The position numbers were made by a program, and so were the translations under genes. Below are positions 1 through 8,831 of a stretch of DNA of 20,671 nucleotides, in pieces; position 1 is the stretch's first letter; every line of letters begins with the position of its first letter. Source of the stretch: Planctomycetota bacterium (GTDB lineage Bacteria > Planctomycetota > GCA-002687715 > DRQF01); contig JAZGFI010000121.1 in assembly GCA_036479435.1 (NCBI GenBank), positions 1 to 20,671 of the forward strand, read 5' to 3'. A model generated the notes under the pieces. It did not search any database, was not told where the DNA came from, and saw nothing but the letters and a program-made list of their open reading frames with translations.

Positions 1-263
1 CCATCACCTACATTGAAAATCACAAGGACCGAATGAACTACTCGACTGCGCTCAACAAAAAGCTGCCGATCGGCAGCGGAAACGTCGAGGCTACCTGCAA
101 GTCTTTGGTCGCGATGAGGATGAAGAGATCCGGGTCAAGATGGAAGGAAGATTCTGGCCATCAAGTCATGCAGCTTCGAGCGCTAGCGCTTAGTAGCCGA
201 TGGCACCCAGCGATGGACAAACTCTTCGAGCGCATTCGGACCCCGGTGAGGAGAACCGCGTGA
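1..263 (+). CDS. C-terminal part of an ISKra4/ISLre2-like (mutator-type DDE) transposase; 5' end lies outside the window
   Basis: Frame is open from position 3: ITYIENHKDRMNY...LPIGSGNVEATCKSLVAMRMKRSGSRW...LRAL. This matches the typical 'Y...N...RMxY...PIGSGxxE..K..V..R.K..G..W' C-terminal motif. Stop at 261-263. Confidence 0.8.
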   Translation, partial: ITYIENHKDRMNYSTALNKKLPIGSGNVEATCKSLVAMRMKRSGSRWKEDSGHQVMQLRALALSSRWHPAMDKLFERIRTPVRRTA

Positions 264-294
264 GTCCGGGTTTCTCACTACGAGAACCACACCC
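264..294 (+). mobile_element. Probable right terminus of the ISKra4-like element
   Basis: Short tail after the transposase stop ending in ...gagaaccacaccc. An unrelated coding repeat resumes abruptly at 296. The partner end is outside the window. Confidence 0.5.
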
Positions 295-295
295 C

Positions 296-598
296 CGCTC
301 TGACGGCAAGCAATGTAGACCGAAAGAGAACTGGACTAATGGGGAGGCGTTCGACGGTGGCATCGGCACGTTCTTTGCCGACGTAGATGGATCAGGCAGG
401 GCTGCCGCGATCGCCGTCAACAGCACGGGCCCCAGTGCGGGAATTTGGGTCCGACGTTCTGACGGCAAGAAGTTCGGACTGAAAGAGAATTGGACCAACG
501 GGGAGGCGTTCGACGGCAGTATCGGCACGTTCTTCGCCGATGTCGTTGGAACAGGTAGGGCTGCCGCAATCGTCGTTAATCAAACCGTTTGGGGATAG
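296..598 (+). pseudogene. 3' remnant of an FG-GAP/VCBS-like repeat protein, cut by the upstream IS
   Basis: Two tandem units with a 159-nt (53-aa) period starting at 296 and 455: RSDGK...ENWTNGEAFDG(G/S)IGTFFADV(D/V)G(S/T)GRAAAI(A/V)VN. No start codon of its own; stop at 596-598. Confidence 0.7.
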
Positions 599-644
599 CC
601 GGGACTGATGCCCCCGGGACTCAAGGTCCTACACCACATTCTAC

Positions 645-690
645 TGTCACGGGTCACTTCAAAACCGGCCAGTTAGGGTCGAATCCCAGG
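645..690 (+). mobile_element. Orphan IS21-family-like terminal sequence
   Basis: tgtcacgggtcacttcaaaaccggccagttagggtcgaatc has a TGTCA start and the caaaaccggcca motif that resembles IS21-family ends. No transposase follows it. Confidence 0.4.
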
Positions 691-923
691 TTATGGAAAA
701 GGCCGGTCCTAAGCGGACCGGCCAGCACGAAGCCACGGGAAAGATCTCTGGCGTAGAGAGGAAGGAAGGAAATCTCACGTGTATGGGACACAATTTTCGA
801 CCCGGCCACGCCGGTGGCTATCGGACATTCTTTGACCGCAACCTTCCGGCACGCCAGGCCTCCTGGCGGCGAGGCTGCCAACAGACACCCGCGTGCGTTG
901 CTCTTAGTCCAAGGCTCGGACCG

Positions 924-1518
924 TTACCGCAGCTGAATCTTCGCATCACCGGCCAAACGAACGATGAGTGCAAGCCCCTCGGCAGTCAGTTGTGGGGTAG
1001 AGAGCTCGAATTCGCCCGTCGTGACTTGAGCGCGGACATCTTTGAGACGCTGTAGTGACTTTAGACTCTCTTGCACTGCCGTCTGGCTACGCTCCAAAAC
1101 TGAAGCGATGTCGAACTGGGCCGCCCTGCGAAAGGCATCCCGCACCTTGTCATTGAACAGCCACGCCGCACTGGCGATTAGCACGTTCTTTGTTTGGATA
1201 GCCCACTCAAGATCGGGCACCGAGAACCGCTTCGCATCGGCATCGTATGACGGTGTGCCTCTAAGGTAGATTCGACCTCTCACACCGAGCGGAAATCGAG
1301 AGATGCCGCTTGCCGCAACGTCGGCCCCCACGACTATTCGGCTGTCCTGAGGATAGCACTCGAAGTTACTGAATGAGATTTCCGTTCCGTCATCAAGCCT
1401 CAGCGGCTGCCGTGCCAACGCGGCCTCCAAGACATCTTCGGCATCGGTGTACCCGGTAGTCACGATGGCGTCGACGTGAATTCCCTTGGATGCGTCCGCA
1501 CCGACTTTTGCCGGCAAT
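924..1518 (-). pseudogene. DUF4403-like protein, C-terminal part only; 5' end removed at the IS21 boundary
   Basis: GRIYLRGTPSYDADAKRFSVPDLEWAIQTKNVLIASAAWL resembles DUF4403 C-terminal regions. The frame runs up to the IS21 terminus at 1519 and no RBS or ATG is evident. Confidence 0.65.
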
Positions 1519-1658
1519 TGTCAAGGCTCGGGTATCCAAGTCCACCCTCAGTTCGGTTAAGCAAGTCCACCCAAGGCCTTTGGAAAACCGGGGTTAGGCT
1601 TTAGAAAACAGGCCAGTTAGCGCCTGGAAAAATCTGCCGTTTTGAGTCGCTGGCCGAC

Positions 1659-2408
1659 TCATGAGGGCTGGTTGTTGTCGGCAGGGGGATTCCTAAACGA
1701 CGCTCCGGTCATGACGACGACGTGCGCGTGATGAAGCAGCCGGTCCATTGCGGCGGAGGCCATGAGGTCGTCAAGAAACATCGGGTACCACTCCTCGATC
1801 GCACGGTTTGAAGTAATGATTGTGGCTCCTCGTTCGTAGCGCGCCCTAATGATCTCGTACAGATCAATGGGCTCATCACCTCCAAGCGGACGTAGCCCAA
1901 GATCATCGACGATCAAAAGATCTGGTGCGGTGAAACGCAGCATTTTTTTGTCGTAGCTTCGGTCGGCTCTGGCTGCCCTCAGCTCAGAGAGCATCCGATG
2001 AGCCGAGGTGTAGCAGACGGCATGCCCAGCGCGGCATGCTCGCTCACCGATGGCTTGGGCTAGATGAGATTTTCCGACACCGGTGGGGCCGATGAGCAAA
2101 GCGTTTTCCATCTTGGCGACGAAGTGGCAAGCGGCGAGGTCGATGATCTTGGCCTTAGGTATCTGTGGGTTGAAGGACCATTCGAAATCTTCGAGGCGCT
2201 TGGTGCATTCGAAGCTCGCGCGCCTAAGCCGCATTTCAAGTTGTTTGGATTCTCTTCGCTCGACTTCGTCGCAGCAAAGCCGGTACAAAAATTCCGTGTG
2301 ACTGAAGCTGGCATCTACCGCCTCTTTCGTCCTTAGGTCGAGAGTCTGCAGAATCCCCGATAAGCGAAGCTTTTTGAGGACCGGGATGAGTTCATCAGCA
2401 ATGGCCAT
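1659..2408 (-). CDS. istB: IS21-family helper AAA+ ATPase IstB (249 aa)
   Basis: Walker A GPTGVGKS, Walker B LLIVDDLG, IITSNR and DRLLHH motifs; RBS aaggag upstream; directly follows istA. Confidence 0.96.
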   Translation of the reverse strand: MAIADELIPVLKKLRLSGILQTLDLRTKEAVDASFSHTEFLYRLCCDEVERRESKQLEMRLRRASFECTKRLEDFEWSFNPQIPKAKIIDLAACHFVAKMENALLIGPTGVGKSHLAQAIGERACRAGHAVCYTSAHRMLSELRAARADRSYDKKMLRFTAPDLLIVDDLGLRPLGGDEPIDLYEIIRARYERGATIITSNRAIEEWYPMFLDDLMASAAMDRLLHHAHVVVMTGASFRNPPADNNQPS

Positions 2409-2420
2409 TAGGCTCTCCTT

Positions 2421-3980
2421 TTAGTTGTCGAGAAAGTAATCTGGATTGCGGGCGAAAGTAGAGCCCTCAGACCAAGATCGAGTCTTTGATCCCGGGAGCG
2501 CTTCAAGATCAAGTCCTTTGGAAAGGATGCTTTTGATCGACCGGTATTCGAGGCTTCCAAAATGAAGGGCTCGAGCTGCGGCGGCCCGAGCACGCGAAAC
2601 TGGAAAGCCCCCAAGATGGGTGACGACCGCTTGCACCCGCCGAAGCTGCAAAAGGACATCATCCGATCCGAATATCTCCTCGACGAGGTGCTCGACCTCC
2701 GGGCCGATGTTGCGGGCGCGGTCAATCCAGTAGCCTCGGCTGCGATGGCGCAGCTCAGATCTAGCTTCAGGTAGGTGGCTATCGACAGTGCTTCTTTGCC
2801 CTGGCTTCGCGCGACCGTGGCGGTAAAGACTCTCGGTATCGTCGAAGAGCTCGATGTCATGAGCCGTAGAGCGCACCCAAAGTGACTTTCCGACGTGAAT
2901 CCAAGGAGCGGAGTAAAAAGCACCATCGACCTGGACGTGGCTGTCTCGATGCAGCTTGGCCTTCTTCCAGATGACCAGCTCCCAGCGCCGCTTAGGCAGC
3001 GGCGTTAATGCCTGTTGCTCTTTTTGTTCAAACAGCTCGATGGGACGACGCTTCGTCGTCCCATGCACTCTTTTGTCTGCGATCTGTTGGTTCCAACGCC
3101 GAAGCTCTTCGTTGTCGACCTTGATGTCTACCGACTCCCAAGTCGCAAAGAAGCTGCCTTTCACGTAGCGGACGTCGCGCTCGACTTTGCCCTTTTTTTC
3201 GGGAGAGCGTGGCGGCGTCGGGTCGATTTGAAAATCGTAGTAGCGGGCGAGTTCTCGATAAGATCGGTTCAGGAGCAGCTTGTCGTCGATGCCAAAGGCG
3301 CAACGGATCACAGCTGACTTGAGATTGTCGGGCACGATTACTTTCGGGACTCCGCCGAAGTACTCAAAAGCGCAGACATGAAGCAAAAGCCAAGTCTGAA
3401 TCTTTTGGTCGAAGACGATCTCAAGATATGAGCAGCGACTAAACCCAAGCGTCATGACAAAGACCCATGCCTTGCGCAACACGCCTTTCTCCGGGTCGTA
3501 GATCTTGCCGACGTAGCCGAAATCGACCTGGGCGACTTCACCCGGAAAAGTCTCTACCGGAATCGCAATATCCGCTTCTTGAGGGCCCTGATCCTTTTTT
3601 AATCGAAGGCACATCCTTTTCACCGCGGAGAGACTGGCGGCATAGTCTTTTTCATGAAGGCGCAAGTAGTCGTGAATCGACGTTGGTCCGGCACCGCCTT
3701 CAAACTTCTTCGCGATCTGCGATTTCCATGGATCGGCTGACGAGTTACGCGACGCAATCGGAGCTGAATCCAAACCAACCGCCGCCGACAATGCCGCTGG
3801 GTTTGGCAGATCATCGGGAGAGCCAACAAGAAGGCCTGCGGCTGAGATCTTCTCCAAGTACTTGCTAATGGTGTCACGGCCCATGCGCAGCAGCCGAGCG
3901 ATTCGTCGTTTGCTTTGCCCTTGGCGGTGCAGTCTGACCACCTCTTGAAGCTCGTGCATTTCGATCCTTTTACCACTCAT
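2421..3980 (-). CDS. istA: IS21-family transposase IstA (519 aa)
   Basis: N-terminal HTH (SKRRIARLLRMGRDTISKYL); DDE core PGEVAQVDFG / IVPDNLKS / KGKVER. The start at 3980 (MSGKRIEM) has RBS aaggag, whereas the ORF-track start at 4076 lies inside the IR repeats. Confidence 0.95.
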   Translation of the reverse strand: MSGKRIEMHELQEVVRLHRQGQSKRRIARLLRMGRDTISKYLEKISAAGLLVGSPDDLPNPAALSAAVGLDSAPIASRNSSADPWKSQIAKKFEGGAGPTSIHDYLRLHEKDYAASLSAVKRMCLRLKKDQGPQEADIAIPVETFPGEVAQVDFGYVGKIYDPEKGVLRKAWVFVMTLGFSRCSYLEIVFDQKIQTWLLLHVCAFEYFGGVPKVIVPDNLKSAVIRCAFGIDDKLLLNRSYRELARYYDFQIDPTPPRSPEKKGKVERDVRYVKGSFFATWESVDIKVDNEELRRWNQQIADKRVHGTTKRRPIELFEQKEQQALTPLPKRRWELVIWKKAKLHRDSHVQVDGAFYSAPWIHVGKSLWVRSTAHDIELFDDTESLYRHGRAKPGQRSTVDSHLPEARSELRHRSRGYWIDRARNIGPEVEHLVEEIFGSDDVLLQLRRVQAVVTHLGGFPVSRARAAAARALHFGSLEYRSIKSILSKGLDLEALPGSKTRSWSEGSTFARNPDYFLDN

Positions 3981-4061
3981 CCGTTTCTCCTTTAGTCCAT
4001 TGATGACCAAGGAGAATCGCAAGTATTGGATGTGCGGGCAGGCGGAAAACTGATCCTTGAA

Positions 4062-4207
4062 GTGGACCAGCTTCACCGAACTGCAGATGGACCAGGATGA
4101 CCGAACTGGGGTGGACCAGCTTCACCGAACTGAGCCCCGATAGCAGCTAGGTCAGGTGGACCAGCTTGCCCGAACTACAGGTGGTCTTGATAACCCGGGC
4201 CATGACA
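4062..4207. repeat. Multiple transposase-binding repeats in the IS21 left end
   Basis: Unit gtggaccagcttcaccgaact (and variants) at about 4062, 4087, 4111 and 4156, plus the terminal copy. Reverse-complement variants lie at about 1525-1575. Confidence 0.85.
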
Positions 4208-4282
4208 GCGCGATGCTGGGAGCCTCAAGATGCGTGGGTGCTTACACCGTGTGAAGGTGTGTTCCATCGTTACAGGCACCGT

Positions 4283-4875
4283 TGATCCTCCCGAAGACTC
4301 GAAGGCAGTCCTGGTAGAGTCGAGGACTGGCACGCGTACCGTGCAAAAAGTCAGCCGACATGCAAACCCTTGAGGCTGAATAACCTCCGCCTTACCCTCG
4401 CGGCCAATGAAGAACGCCCCGGGACCCCACCTCATCATCTCCGCCGTCGCAGGATGGATAGATCGCGAGAAGCAAATGGTCTTTGACCACCTCAAAAAGG
4501 AAAACCGAGTTCTCAAAGAACAGCTGGGCACCAAGAAGATCGGCTTGGCCGAGTCCCAACGCCAGCGCCTCGCAGCCAAAGGTCGGTAGATAGGTCACCT
4601 CTCATGATCGGTAACAACGTGGGCATCGACGCGTCCGCACCGCGCCCGACAGAAACGCATGGCCAAGAAATTTCGACGACGGTGCTCGGCGGAGTTCACG
4701 ATCGATATCGCCGCACAACTAAAGCCGAGAATGGCGAACCGCGCGTCTGAGTTCGCACCCGAAGTTCGCTGCGACAGTTCGCCGCCGGCACAGCGACGAC
4801 GGTAAACGACCGACCCGCTTGTTAGAATCGGCTCACGGGCAACCGTGGCCACGTTTGGGGTTTTCAGGAACCACA
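4283..4875 (+). mobile_element. Composite IS3/IS481-like remnant: type-B left-end stub, type-A left end with 5' transposase fragment, type-B 3' fragment and type-B right end
   Basis: L_B tgatcctcccgaagactc (4283-4300); L_A cgtaccgtgcaaaaagtc (4335-4352); ORF 4407-4589 ...LKKENRVLKEQLG...; 3' fragment ...VLGGVHDRY (about 4680-4710); R_B gggttttcaggaaccaca (4858-4875). Confidence 0.85.
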
Positions 4876-4935
4876 AGGGTACAGACGTACTGGCCAACGA
4901 GCACGAGATAGAACCGAACCGAGGAGGCATAGGAC

Positions 4936-6273
4936 ATGCAACACGGACCAACTGCATTAAAGGGCGTAGCGGTGCTCGCTCTGATCTTACTCTTGAGCTC
5001 TTGCGGAGAGCCGAAGCCCACACCCGAGCAACTCGCGGAAGAGGCGTGGCAGACCGCCGTCGCATCTGATTCCATTGACGCCTACGAGCGTTTTGTCGCC
5101 AAACACGGTACCTCAAGTTCCCGCGTTGGCGAAGCCATGACGATCATTGAAGCCCAGCTCTGGGAGCGCGCTTGTCAATCGGATGATACGCCTTCGTATG
5201 ACGCCTTCATCGCCCGGTTCCCTGGGTCTTTGCGCGCGGATGATGCACAGCATCGAAGAGTCGCTTCGGCCTGGCGAAACGTCTCTGGTCGTGGCGACAA
5301 GCTTGCCTTGCTCGCGTTTGCAAAAGCGAACCCCGATTCTGCTTGGGCGGGCGAAGCACGCAACCTCGTTGAGGGTATCGACTACGATGAGGCATTTGCA
5401 ACGCCGGGCCCAGAGCGAATCGAAGCGTTCTTGCAGGATTACCCGGAGACTTCGAAAGCCAACGAGGCTCGGGCCGAGGGAATGCGTCGGCTATGGCAAG
5501 TAGAGATACTGTCGCACGGACCAACGTCGTTCGACGGCGGGCCATTCTTGCCAGGATCAATCACCGTCACCAAGGGCAAGATGTCAGGAGTCATGGTGAA
5601 AATTCGTCGATTGCGAAGTGCTGCGGAAGCGGTGCTGGATCCGAAGACACTTCGGGCTTGGACGGCTACCACGCCTCGCATCCTTGCTGGTGTGTTTCTG
5701 ATCGAACGAACCGGAAAAAGCGAGATCTTCATGGTGGGATCTCCCGCCCTCGGAGACGTCAGATTCGCGGATTCGAAAGCCACCGTTACGATGCTCGAGA
5801 CGTCGCTAGGTTCCGCAGTCTGGTATCTGATCTCGGGCGGAACTTCCATGCATCGTCCCTGCCAGTATCACTCTCAATTCTTGCCGTTCCTCGGCAGCCG
5901 CACCTGCTACTGCTCTGGGCCCTCGGGAAAAGAGTTTATTGATAGCTGCACCAAGATGAACAAGGCATGGGGAGCCTTGGCGTTGTCGCAAGTCATAGAA
6001 CCTAGTGCTGTGGACAGCGAGAGCCCGCTTTTGCCCTCTAAGTTATCGGGAGTGTGGTGGCATCCGTCGATCGCGAACCACAAACCCGAATCGCTGACAA
6101 AAGATGGCTCCCGTTATACGTTCACGGCTAAGGGGGAAAGTCCGCCGGATGATGTGAGTCTCCGACTGAAGCTCGCCCAAGACGACACCGTGACTCTGCT
6201 TTTTCTGTTCCCGGGTGATGCCGCCGAGCTTCGCTCCTGTGAAATCCTTGGCAGGCGGGTCCTCATCGATTGA
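4936..6273 (+). CDS. Predicted lipoprotein (445 aa) with four ~31-aa helical repeats and an unknown C-terminal domain
   Basis: RBS gaggagg/agga; hydrophobic signal peptide ending in lipobox LLSS-C; repeats of pattern W.......AY..F....P.S....EA. Confidence 0.8.
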   Translation: MQHGPTALKGVAVLALILLLSSCGEPKPTPEQLAEEAWQTAVASDSIDAYERFVAKHGTSSSRVGEAMTIIEAQLWERACQSDDTPSYDAFIARFPGSLRADDAQHRRVASAWRNVSGRGDKLALLAFAKANPDSAWAGEARNLVEGIDYDEAFATPGPERIEAFLQDYPETSKANEARAEGMRRLWQVEILSHGPTSFDGGPFLPGSITVTKGKMSGVMVKIRRLRSAAEAVLDPKTLRAWTATTPRILAGVFLIERTGKSEIFMVGSPALGDVRFADSKATVTMLETSLGSAVWYLISGGTSMHRPCQYHSQFLPFLGSRTCYCSGPSGKEFIDSCTKMNKAWGALALSQVIEPSAVDSESPLLPSKLSGVWWHPSIANHKPESLTKDGSRYTFTAKGESPPDDVSLRLKLAQDDTVTLLFLFPGDAAELRSCEILGRRVLID

Positions 6274-6287
6274 CCGCGAGCTGCAAC

Positions 6288-6497
6288 TGCCCTTTTCGAA
6301 AGCTCGAAAGCCATCCCTAACCTCGAGTTACTTGCTTAGGGTTTCAGCCCCAATACGCGCCCGGCCCCTCGTCGAAAACGTGGCTCCAGGGCTGCACGCG
6401 GGATGTGGCGCAACTCGTGACAACTGATCGCCGTGGCCCTCCCACGAGATCGCATCGGAGCGCCTGCTCAAGGTCGGCTGACTTTTTACACACTACG
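6288..6497 (+). mobile_element. 210-bp chimeric miniature element: type-B left end joined to type-A right end
   Basis: L_B tgcccttttcgaaagctc-gaaagccatccctaacc (6288-). Segment 6408-6497 aligns with 12282-12374. R_A gactttttacacactacg (6480-6497) is the reverse complement of the L_A motif. Confidence 0.8.
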
Positions 6498-6593
6498 GGG
6501 AAAAGGAGCTGGTAGACTCGTAAGCAATCGTGTGTTGCACACGACGACATGACCAGGCGCAATCGACCCAGCATTCTACAAATCGGAGATCCA

Positions 6594-8242
6594 ATGAATC
6601 GTCTCCTGATGGCACTCACCGTATTTCAATTCCTTGTCATCATCGCGCTGTCTTACTTGCTCCTGTCTCAGGATACCGAGCCTGAAGTCCTCCCCCCAAA
6701 CCCAGCCCCTGAACACACCGAGGGTGATGCCAAGGAAACGGCGAGACGACATGCAGATTCCAGAGTCGAAAATCAAGTCCTACCCGGCGTAGGAACCTCG
6801 CCTTCTAAAGCGCCTCCCGAGGCAGCGAAATCCGAAGATGCACTTTCTGTGTCCCTGCTTTATGGCGAGGTCACCGCTCCATCGGGAGTCTCTTTGGATC
6901 AAATACGAATCAACGTCTTTGACACGCAGAAGTCAAGGAATGACAGGTCAGGCATCCGCCTCGCGAGCGTGTCCAGCAATGGCTCCTGCTCCATCGCTGG
7001 TCTTGAACCGTCAGTTTGGAGGCTCGTCTGCAAGGTAGAAGGTTGCCTTGAATACAAGACTGAGATCGACCTCACGGTTTCCACGCTCAGGAGAGAGGAC
7101 ATTCTGCTTCAAGAGGCAGTCGTTCTGCTCGTCAAGATCAACACGCCAAGTGGAAAGCCGATCAACAAGTTGCTTCAAACTGAGGCGAGGCCGTGGCCAT
7201 TGTCGTTGACCGTCGTAGCGACCAAGGACCCCATCAAGGGTGACCTACCCATGACTCCGCGCCGAGATCATTCGCGCCTCGGAGATGGAGAATGGTGTTC
7301 AGCGTCAAGTAGCTCTACCAGCGAGAGCCGTTTCCCAAGGGCTACGCGGGTCAGATCGAGCTCAAGACCGCCCTGCCAACAAATCTGAGCCTAGTTTTGC
7401 GCCATGTCGTCCTGCAGTCACGAAGGGTCGAAATTGGCACCAAGGAAGTCGAGTTTGTGGTGTCGCTTGAAGAAGTTCGTTCGAAAGCCTCTTCAGTCTC
7501 GGGACGTGTCTTGAACGCGAACGATGGCGAACCGATCGCAACGGCACGCGTCGGGTTGACTGATCGTCAAACCAGCGGCGGTGGCAAGAAGGTCGAAGTT
7601 GACGGCAGCTTTCACCAAAAAGGTCTTCGAGCCGGGTTAATGGTGCTGACAATTCGAGCGGCCGGATTTCAGGCGATCCACGAGTACGTCCGCCTCATCC
7701 CCGGTAAGACCTTGGACATGGGGACCCTGCGCCTCCACGCAGCGACCAAAATGAGGGGGCGCATTGTGGATGAAGGTGGAAGCGGCGTCGTGTGCCGAGT
7801 GACCGTAAGGAACTTGGACCGGATGAAATTTCCCCAGGAGATAGACTTGGGATGGGCCGTCAAAACCCAGACTGACGGCACCTTCGAGGTAGGCGGCCTC
7901 GGACCAGGGAGACACCTTGTTGTTGCAGAAAAGCGCGGATTCGGAGTTTCGGCCGCCGAGGTCTCACTCGGTCAAGAAGATGCCGACGGAATCGAAATCG
8001 CGCTGCTTCGCGGAACGCAGGTCAGCATCAAGACAAGCGTCCGTTCTTCACCGTTTTTCCTTCTTCAGATCACGGACAACAACGGCAACCCCGTGGTTAG
8101 CAGGTTCATTGGGGGCAACTGGACTTTGGACTTCAACCTGGCACCCGGCAACTACAGTTTGTCCCGGTTTGAAGACATCAAGCTGATCAGCACGAAGAAG
8201 TTCGAAGTCGGTACGACTCCGTTGACAATCAAAGCCGACTAG
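6594..8242 (+). pseudogene. Membrane-anchored carboxypeptidase-regulatory-like (transthyretin-fold repeat) protein split by a -1 frameshift near 7330
   Basis: ATG at 6594 with RBS ggaga; N-terminal TM helix; repeated domains (LLYGEVTAPSG, VSGRVLNANDGEPIATARV, MRGRIVDEGG...DGTFEVGGLGPGRH). The second frame is open from 7313 and reads ...FPKGYAGQIELKTALPTNLSLVLRHVVLQ into ORF 7397-8242. Confidence 0.75.
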
Positions 8243-8256
8243 CAAGCGCCCGGGGT

Positions 8257-8733
8257 TAAGGTTCCCGAATGCTCGAGAACAGCCCCTACTCACCGGTTAG
8301 CCGCTGAGAGTTTTGACACAACTCCACGCCCGATCTACCACCAACGACTCCGATCCAACAAGATCCGCCCGTGCTCAAACTCCTCGATCGAGCCTTCGCG
8401 CTTCTCGAAGCCGTCGCCACCGACCGAGCGCGACTCGCAATCGTAAATGTGGCCCTACGCCGACAGCTCAACGTTCTCCGAATCCATGCCCTACTAAACC
8501 AACAAGCGAAGCGATCTCGACACCGGTGCTCGGCGGGCTTCACCACCGATATCACCACGCAACCCAAGCCGAGAATGGCCGCACGAAACCCTAATTTCGC
8601 ATCCGAGGTCCGTTGTAACTTTTCGACCAACGCACAGCGACGTCGGTTCGCGACCGACCGGCTTTTTGGAATCCAGAATCAACCTCGATCAAGAGCGACT
8701 AGGAGCCCGTCTTGGGTTTTCGGGAAGACAACA
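8257..8733 (+). mobile_element. Internally deleted type-B IS3/IS481-like element with both ends
   Basis: L_B taaggttcccgaatgctc (8257-8274). 5' transposase fragment DRARLAIVNVALRRQLNVLR (8371-8480) is followed closely by the C-terminal PVLGGLHHRY (about 8523-8555). R_B gggttttcgggaagacaaca (8714-8733). Confidence 0.85.
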
Positions 8734-8831
8734 GGTCGCTGGCGCAAATTCCGGGCCAGAGCATCATCCTCGTCGGCTCAACTGTGCTCGGTCCACTTGC
8801 AGCAACCTCATAAACTGTGAGATCTACACCC

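Larger units (their letters stand above)
1519..4207 (-). mobile_element. Complete IS21-family insertion sequence (2689 bp)
   Basis: Imperfect terminal inverted repeats: 1519 tgtcaaggctcgggtatccaagtccacc versus the reverse complement of the end at 4207, tgtcatggcccgggttatcaagaccacc. They enclose istA and istB. Confidence 0.93.

Noticed and set aside
693..1055. 120-aa ORF downstream of the orphan IS21-like end
   Set aside because: No transposase or other motif, and it overlaps the DUF4403-like gene on the opposite strand.
2408..2926. 172-aa ORF overlapping istA in another frame
   Set aside because: Fully overlaps the intact istA, has no motif, and is not needed to explain the istA/istB organisation.
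4062..4180. Short direct repeats as a CRISPR array
   Set aside because: Spacers are only about 3-24 bp and irregular, there are no cas genes, and the units match the opposite IS21 end. They are IS21 transposase-binding repeats.
8245..8745. Target-site duplications around the A/B miniature elements
   Set aside because: For the 8257-8733 and 16593-16839 units I compared the flanks and found no convincing direct repeat, so no TSD is claimed.
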